Virus record (IMG/VR): IMGVR_UViG_2740892441_000001
Strand: one strand, 5' to 3'
Source: a virus
Taxonomy: Duplodnaviria; Heunggongvirae; Uroviricota; Caudoviricetes
Length of the DNA: 64,000 nucleotides
Every line of letters begins with the position of its first letter. Within the stretch, counting starts at the first letter, position 1. Below are positions 58,506 to 64,000 of the stretch, piece by piece. Under the pieces are notes generated by a model. The model saw nothing but the letters and a program-made list of their open reading frames with translations. It ran no database searches and had not been told where the DNA came from. Made by a program: the position numbers and the translations under genes.

Positions 58506-60845
58506 TTAATCTTCTAGTTCTTCTGTTGGTGATGTCTTCTCTCGTCGGTCATCTATCGCCTGTAACGCAGCAATGATTTCAGCCAGTGGCTTCTCCCGAT
58601 ACATCTCGACGATCTGCGATTTGGTGTATTTCTTGTCACCAATTTCAACTCTCCCGCTGGCGTTCTTTGGCAGGTATCCTTCTTCCAGCATGTACTCGAC
58701 GAGCGATTCGATAACGTCGAGGCCACGAGTAGGATCGAAGTAGAATTTCCAGGTGCATTTGCCATACGGTGGTGCAACTTTGTTTTTGATGCACTCTGCG
58801 CCTACGTCCTGACCGATCTTCTCTTTCCCATCCTTCATCACCGATGCACCGAGACGGATGCGCACAGAAGCGTAAAACTTCGGTGAATCGCCGCCTGGAG
58901 ACGTAGTAGGGTCGCCAAACATTACACCGATTTTTGTGCGAACCTGATTCAAGAAGATGATGCAGGCGTTGTATTTGCGTGCCCACAAAGCCAGAGTAGG
59001 GAAGTTCGCACTCGTCGCACGCGCCAGTGCCGTATTGTCGTTCATGTTTAGCTGATCTTTGTCTTTGGCTGTGCCTTCAGCCATCTTTTCGAACTTCTCG
59101 GCTTTGGAGTTCGGAACCATAGACGCAAGAGAGTCAGCCACGATACAGATAGGTGCTGATTCGGGGATAAGCTCTTCATCACGAACCAATTTAAGTATTG
59201 TGCCGATCAACTCTACAGAGTCTTCGAAGGTATCTGGCTGCTTGTATACCCACTGACCGTCATCCTCATCTGCATTCAAACCATTGGCTACAGCCAGGCC
59301 AACGTCAAAACTGTTTTCATGATCGAGGAATACCGCCAGACCATCTTGTTTTTGAGCGGAGATCATCGCTGCTGTTGCAAGGAATGTGTTGTGGCTGATA
59401 ATCCCGTTAGACCAGAAAGAGTGTGTTTCCGGCATCGCTACGTCGAACGTTGGTGCTTCACCTTCCTCAATAGCCACGACTTCGTCGTAGAACAAGTTAG
59501 AGCCAATTACCGCTGCCAGTTGTGCAAACAGATGCTCGTTAAAACGATTCTTTCTGCCAATGAAGGAGACATAGATTTCTCGCAGTTTGTCTATTCCGAC
59601 ACGATCGCCGCGGCCAATAACGTGGTCTACCAGAGCGTAGTCTTCACGGGTGGTCTTGGTGAGCGACTCGTAGAGTGATTTCACTAAGCCGCTGATGTGC
59701 GGAACATAGCCTGAGTAAGTGCGGTCAAAACCAATGTCCCGTTTGGTTGCCACTGATAAACGTGCCGGAGATTCGAAACCAATCGTTGACAGAAAAAGGT
59801 CGTAATTAGAGCCACTGAATGACAGCCGGTAATATGTATTTTCATAACCCGCGACGTGTTTTTCAGAGATAGTTGACGTAATCCCCAGATTCAGGAGCAT
59901 GAGGCGAATTTGCTGTAGCAGCAGCCCACTCGCGCTCACAACCTCAATGCAGCGACCATCATTGACGTGGCATTCCAGCTCAAAGTAGCCGCGAAGGAAT
60001 GCAATTTGAGCCTCGCTATTGGCGCGACGCACACTCAACGGAACCTGCTTGCCAGCAGCTTTCTCATACTCCAGACCATATTCTTTAAAAAGCAGCGAAC
60101 GCACCTCTTTGCTAAACAGCACATGGTCTTCCGAGCCGTTATGTTTTCTCGTAACTGGCATCTTGTCTGATACCAGCGAAATGAGGCGGTAGTACTCATC
60201 CTTGATGAAAGGATCTGTGTTAGAAAAATTCACTGAATTTTCAGAGGCCACGTATCCGTCAGCAATTAAATAGCCCATCAGTTTTGCGATATTGGCATCC
60301 AGGTGCTGATCGCCGAATTGATGTGTGCCAACCATTGAAGGAATCGTGTCGCCTACACTGATTTTTTCAGCATGTCGCCAGACGACATTACCTAAGTCGT
60401 CAACCACACGGATTGGGTGACGGAACGTAGCCTCGATATAACCGCCTGATGCCAGCTTAATACGCTTGAATTTGCGACGGTTGTTCCATGTCAGGTGTGA
60501 GGTCTTCTCTATCACGCCATTTTCATTGATGAGTCCAACGTTATGCTCTACATCGCGAGTAGTGCATGTCGCTTTGTACCCTTCAATCTCAAACAACTCT
60601 TTCACTGTTACCATTCCACGCTCCGTCAGCAGCATGGTGTCTGCGGTAACACATTTCCCCGCACTTGGAGGACCGAATACTTCGACGATACGACCACATG
60701 GGAAACCGCCATCGTAACGACCGGAAATCGCTTTGTTTAACGGAGGAAAGCCTGTGTCAATCCAATGAGTTACTTTCTGAATTTCGTCGTTGCTACCGAT
60801 TTTCTTTTTCAGAGCAAGTGCCAGTGCGGATTTTCCTTTTGCCAT
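58506..60845 (-). CDS. RecA/UvsX-like recombinase containing an intein in the Walker A P-loop
   Basis: 779 aa; extein reads FGPPSAGK | C...(422 aa)...SHN | TFLATAAM; removing residues 65-486 leaves ~357 aa, RecA-sized. Confidence 0.88.
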   Translation of the reverse strand: MAKGKSALALALKKKIGSNDEIQKVTHWIDTGFPPLNKAISGRYDGGFPCGRIVEVFGPPSAGKCVTADTMLLTERGMVTVKELFEIEGYKATCTTRDVEHNVGLINENGVIEKTSHLTWNNRRKFKRIKLASGGYIEATFRHPIRVVDDLGNVVWRHAEKISVGDTIPSMVGTHQFGDQHLDANIAKLMGYLIADGYVASENSVNFSNTDPFIKDEYYRLISLVSDKMPVTRKHNGSEDHVLFSKEVRSLLFKEYGLEYEKAAGKQVPLSVRRANSEAQIAFLRGYFELECHVNDGRCIEVVSASGLLLQQIRLMLLNLGITSTISEKHVAGYENTYYRLSFSGSNYDLFLSTIGFESPARLSVATKRDIGFDRTYSGYVPHISGLVKSLYESLTKTTREDYALVDHVIGRGDRVGIDKLREIYVSFIGRKNRFNEHLFAQLAAVIGSNLFYDEVVAIEEGEAPTFDVAMPETHSFWSNGIISHNTFLATAAMISAQKQDGLAVFLDHENSFDVGLAVANGLNADEDDGQWVYKQPDTFEDSVELIGTILKLVRDEELIPESAPICIVADSLASMVPNSKAEKFEKMAEGTAKDKDQLNMNDNTALARATSANFPTLALWARKYNACIIFLNQVRTKIGVMFGDPTTSPGGDSPKFYASVRIRLGASVMKDGKEKIGQDVGAECIKNKVAPPYGKCTWKFYFDPTRGLDVIESLVEYMLEEGYLPKNASGRVEIGDKKYTKSQIVEMYREKPLAEIIAALQAIDDRREKTSPTEELED
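59388..60653 (-). mobile_element. Intein (422 aa) with LAGLIDADG homing-endonuclease domain inside the recombinase gene
   Basis: N-terminal Cys after GPPSAGK, C-terminal His-Asn followed by Thr; LAGLIDADG-type motifs LMGYLIADGYV and IAFLRGYFELE. Confidence 0.8.
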
Positions 60846-60847
60846 GA

Positions 60848-61120
60848 TCAGGCTCCTTTTGTTTCGTTGATTCGTTTTAAAGCGGCGGATTCGTCGAATA
60901 CAATCGCATCGTGGTTAAGGAGTCTGGATACACGAGCGAGGATTTTTACGACCTGCTCGCTGACTAATCCAAACTCGCGATCTGTCGCTTTCATTCCGGC
61001 AGCGCCTAGAATTGACGGCAGTGCGATGACAGCGTACTCACCGTGATAAAAGACAATCTCTTTTGCCAGTTGGGCAGGGGTGGTTGTAGCGCCATTAATA
61101 ATCGATTTAAGCATTAGCAA
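60848..61120 (-). CDS. Hypothetical small protein
   Basis: 90 aa ORF between flap endonuclease and recombinase. Confidence 0.4.
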   Translation of the reverse strand: MLMLKSIINGATTTPAQLAKEIVFYHGEYAVIALPSILGAAGMKATDREFGLVSEQVVKILARVSRLLNHDAIVFDESAALKRINETKGA

Positions 61121-62108
61121 TACCTTTCGAATGGAAGAACAAACACTTCAAGGTCTTCAAGGAACGAACGGAAATTCAGCTCGTAGCACAGTTGCTCGAA
61201 TGCTTTCACGTCACGATTGCCTTTGATTGTTTCGATTTCGGTAGGCGGAAACTTCGTCTCAATCAGGTTCATTAGCGTGATGTTTCTCTTGAACGCTTCG
61301 AGCATTCGACAGCCTGTTTTCTCGTTGAAGGCATTCTTCGCTAGTTTGTTGAAGGCGGTCTTATGGCGTCCTTTGTCAACCACGATTGAGCCGTCGTTGA
61401 TGCCGCGTACCATCGTTGCGACACTTCCCCATTCATGCAGCAGCTCTTTCGCACCGCCAGCACCAATGCCACCAACACCGCTAATGTTGTCCGATTTATC
61501 GCCTTGTAATGCTTTTGCTTCCAAAAATGCGCGAGGAGTAGCGAATCCTGTCAGCTCCGCAAATTGCTCAAAATTAACCTGCTTGTTTTTGGCGTCTTCG
61601 CGCAGGCTTACCCAGCTTACGTTTTCGCGAACTAACTGAAGCCAGTCGCTATCGCCTGTTAACAGATAGATGTGTTCAACGGTTGGCTGCGCTGCCATGC
61701 GGGATACCAGCAGCCCGGCCAGATCATCCGCTTCTGCATCTTTTGCAATGAGTTGGGTAACTCCAAGCGCGGTCATCATTTTGAGGATGTATGGCTTCTG
61801 GATAGCAAAGCCTTCCTTCATCTTTTTCATATCAGGATCGTCGTCGCGATTTGCTTTGTAGTCCGGGTAAAAGTCGCGACGCTTGTCACTAAATCCATCC
61901 CAAAGAATCATAGGTCGGGCATGGAGGATGGAGGCATAACGACGGACGTTCTTAACAAAGCCGAAAGCAGCCTGTACTTCCATTTCGCCGTTGTGCAATT
62001 TGTCAGATTGTTGGTGGTAATAACCCAGCTATTGCCATCTACGAAGAGATAATTCACCGGTACATTCCTTCCAAAAAGTAAGGCGTCCGTAGACGCCTTA
62101 CTGGTCAC
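61114..62108 (-). pseudogene. 5'-3' exonuclease / flap endonuclease (FEN), N-terminus in a different frame (frameshift near 61990-62000)
   Basis: ORF 61908-62108 encodes ...YLFVDGNSWVI (FEN N-terminal motif); ORF 61114-61998 carries KDAEADDLAG and GDKSDNISGVGGIG (helix-hairpin-helix). Confidence 0.75.
62072..62098 (-). terminator. Rho-independent terminator (AGGCGTCTACGGACGCCT + TACTTTTT)
   Basis: Hairpin plus T-run after SSB gene. Confidence 0.7.
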
Positions 62109-62117
62109 GTAATGGGA

Positions 62118-63146
62118 TTACAGAGAGTCCAGCTCTCTCAGTAGGTCATCCAGACCTTCATCTTCCGTCGCAGATGCGGCTGCTACAGATGTCGCTGCGA
62201 CTGCTTCAGACTCTTTGACTGATACTGCAACGGCAGCGGAACTTGCTTCTGGTTTAAATTCAGTTTCAACGGCACGGAGGATTTCTTCATCAACCAGACT
62301 GGTTGGTTCAGAAGCCGGTGTGTGCGCGGTTGCTACAGCCGTCGCTCCTTCTGTATGACCAGTGACAGAGCCAAATCCAGGTAGTGCCGCAGCCGATGTT
62401 TTCGCGGTTGAGGAAATTGCTGGTGCAGATGCTGCGGCAGTTGGTGCAGCGATGCCAATCAGACGACCCATAGTGCGAACTGTCGACAGAAGACGAGTTT
62501 CATCAGCCTGATTTGCGTATGCGATCAGATCATGCTGGGTGTTCCAGAATTTATCTTCGATATCGCCTTTGTAGACTTTACGCTTAGGCGAGACGTCATA
62601 TTTGGTATCGCGACCAGAGCCAGTACGTTTAATCAGGAATGCGTAGCCTTCCTCTTTGCTCAGTGGATTGCCGATATCATCAGCGATGTCTTCGGTGATT
62701 GCTTTGCAGATATCATCGAATACAGTAGACGGCAGCTCGATTAACTGGCATTTCTCAGCATCTGCGAAATCCTCACGAGCAGAAAGAATGCCGTTGACCA
62801 GGTAGCGAGGAGTGGCACGCATTTGACCGATGCGTTCTTCCATTGCTTTGTTACCCTTGTGACGAGCGCGACCTTCCATCACCATTTCGCATAGCTGACA
62901 AGCGCGACCGTGAGTATGTTGCTCACAAATATAAGCGTTGGTTGCTTCTTTACCTTCCTCGTTCTGATACTTAACGTAGTGCATACCGAAAGTCTGGAAG
63001 AACTTACCGTTTGGGTCGTCTTTATTCGGGAAGATGCGGATATAGTTGACGCCGTCTTTTAAGCGAGTCAGATCAACGTTGTTGCCACGTTTGGCGGCAA
63101 TGTCTTCACGAGTTTTGTTAAGCAAATCAAGTAATGTCTTAGACAT
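62118..63146 (-). CDS. Single-stranded DNA-binding protein, T4 gp32-like
   Basis: His/Cys cluster YICEQHTHGRACQLCE consistent with gp32 zinc site; Ala/Ser-rich linker; acidic C-terminal tail EDEGLDDLLRELDSL. Confidence 0.65.
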   Translation of the reverse strand: MSKTLLDLLNKTREDIAAKRGNNVDLTRLKDGVNYIRIFPNKDDPNGKFFQTFGMHYVKYQNEEGKEATNAYICEQHTHGRACQLCEMVMEGRARHKGNKAMEERIGQMRATPRYLVNGILSAREDFADAEKCQLIELPSTVFDDICKAITEDIADDIGNPLSKEEGYAFLIKRTGSGRDTKYDVSPKRKVYKGDIEDKFWNTQHDLIAYANQADETRLLSTVRTMGRLIGIAAPTAAASAPAISSTAKTSAAALPGFGSVTGHTEGATAVATAHTPASEPTSLVDEEILRAVETEFKPEASSAAVAVSVKESEAVAATSVAAASATEDEGLDDLLRELDSL

Positions 63147-63263
63147 GTGTTTCTCCTTGTTGTGATTTGGCCGATGGCGCTATGCGCGTTGGGCTTTCGT
63201 TCATTCGTGGCTCTTTCGAGCTGTTAAATGATAGATCAGTACTTACTTATTATCTATCAAAAA

Positions 63264-63695
63264 TCAACGGGGAGTAATAAAGCGTTCAGAGCCTAATCGC
63301 TCTAATTCAACGATGGCCATCTTTGACGCCTGAACGATCATGTCTCGGCGATGCGAAAAGGCGGCGACAGCATGTTTGTATATGTCTGCGATGTGCCGTG
63401 CTTCATCCAACTTCTGCCGTTTAGACAGATACTGTGGGTTTGTTTTAACCTTAGCGTCCAGTACAGACTCGTTGAACTTAATGCCGTTCATACTCAAGTT
63501 CTTACGCTCTGTGTCGTATAGCTTTGCTTCAACAGCTTCAAGGTTAAGTTTTGCCTCTGCGACATCTCGATCTGCCTGCGCTAGTTTTGACCCATACTCC
63601 ATTAAAAGCCGTGGCTGTTTACGCCATACTTCCTCAAGGTTGTCGCGGTCGAACTCCAGATCGGCCATGATTTTAGAAAAAATATCAGTGTTCAC
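63264..63695 (-). CDS. Hypothetical protein
   Basis: 143 aa coiled-coil-like ORF. Confidence 0.5.
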   Translation of the reverse strand: MNTDIFSKIMADLEFDRDNLEEVWRKQPRLLMEYGSKLAQADRDVAEAKLNLEAVEAKLYDTERKNLSMNGIKFNESVLDAKVKTNPQYLSKRQKLDEARHIADIYKHAVAAFSHRRDMIVQASKMAIVELERLGSERFITPR

Positions 63696-64000
63696 TCTAA
63701 TAGGTTCCTACTTATAAAATCTGTATCAATTATATCAAACAGAGAACGGGTTTATGGCGTCATGTCAACTTTGTTCAGGGGAAGATATTGAGATCACCGA
63801 AGATAATTAGTTGTCTTATTTTGGTAAGCTGTGCTGACCATCTTTAGGTCACATACATGAGATGGATGGGGGTGTGGCATGAACGGATGAAATTCAGTCG
63901 CCGTTGACAGATGTCAACACTGTGAATAGAATACTATTATCGGAGGCGAATGAAGCAACATCCGAATAAGCATATTCAAGCAGCCATTGACTATGCATTA

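Overview
The window is almost entirely a densely packed, mostly minus-strand-coded tailed-phage or phage-plasmid genome segment, interrupted by a 3.4 kb block that is recognisably enterobacterial chromosome (metG and apbC/mrp with their native divergent intergenic region). Everything here is from reading the sequence and ORF translations; no database search was run. Layout: (1) 1-4742, structural/packaging module (capsid N-terminus, scaffold-like, portal-like, large terminase, putative small terminase). (2) 4939-8112, an operon with two ParB-like nuclease-domain proteins and an ABC-type ATPase. (3) 8195-13549, a plus-strand block with an SF2 helicase and low-GC accessory genes (lipoprotein, secreted proteins). 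(4) 13.6-20.2 kb, small minus-strand genes each behind a conserved promoter/leader element, plus two arrays of CCGTTTCCCGAAA-type repeats and a ~1 kb GT-skewed non-coding region. (5) 20272-23563, host-like metG and apbC. (6) 23.6-37.6 kb, a LexA-boxed UmuD'-like gene followed by small early-type genes including two adenine methyltransferases and RNase H. (7) 37.8-51.6 kb, a nucleotide-metabolism and recombination module (DnaQ-like exonuclease, HNH endonuclease, kinase, DHFR, thymidylate synthase, NrdB, NrdA, RuvC-like, SbcC/SbcD-like). (8) 53.5-55.8 kb, a plasmid-type RepA gene flanked by iteron arrays, DnaA boxes and GATC clusters. (9) 57.4-63.7 kb, SPFH lipoprotein, a RecA/UvsX-like recombinase carrying an intein in its P-loop, flap endonuclease and a gp32-like SSB. 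Several genes are split by frameshifts (nrdA, DHFR, flap endonuclease, a GNAT gene and others), which is either decay or sequencing error. No tRNA, rRNA or CRISPR array was recognised. The most notable items are the host metG-apbC block inside the phage backbone, the intein-containing recombinase, the P1-like iteron replicon, the repeated promoter/operator-like motifs, and the uncharacterised ParB-like/ABC-ATPase operon next to the terminase genes.
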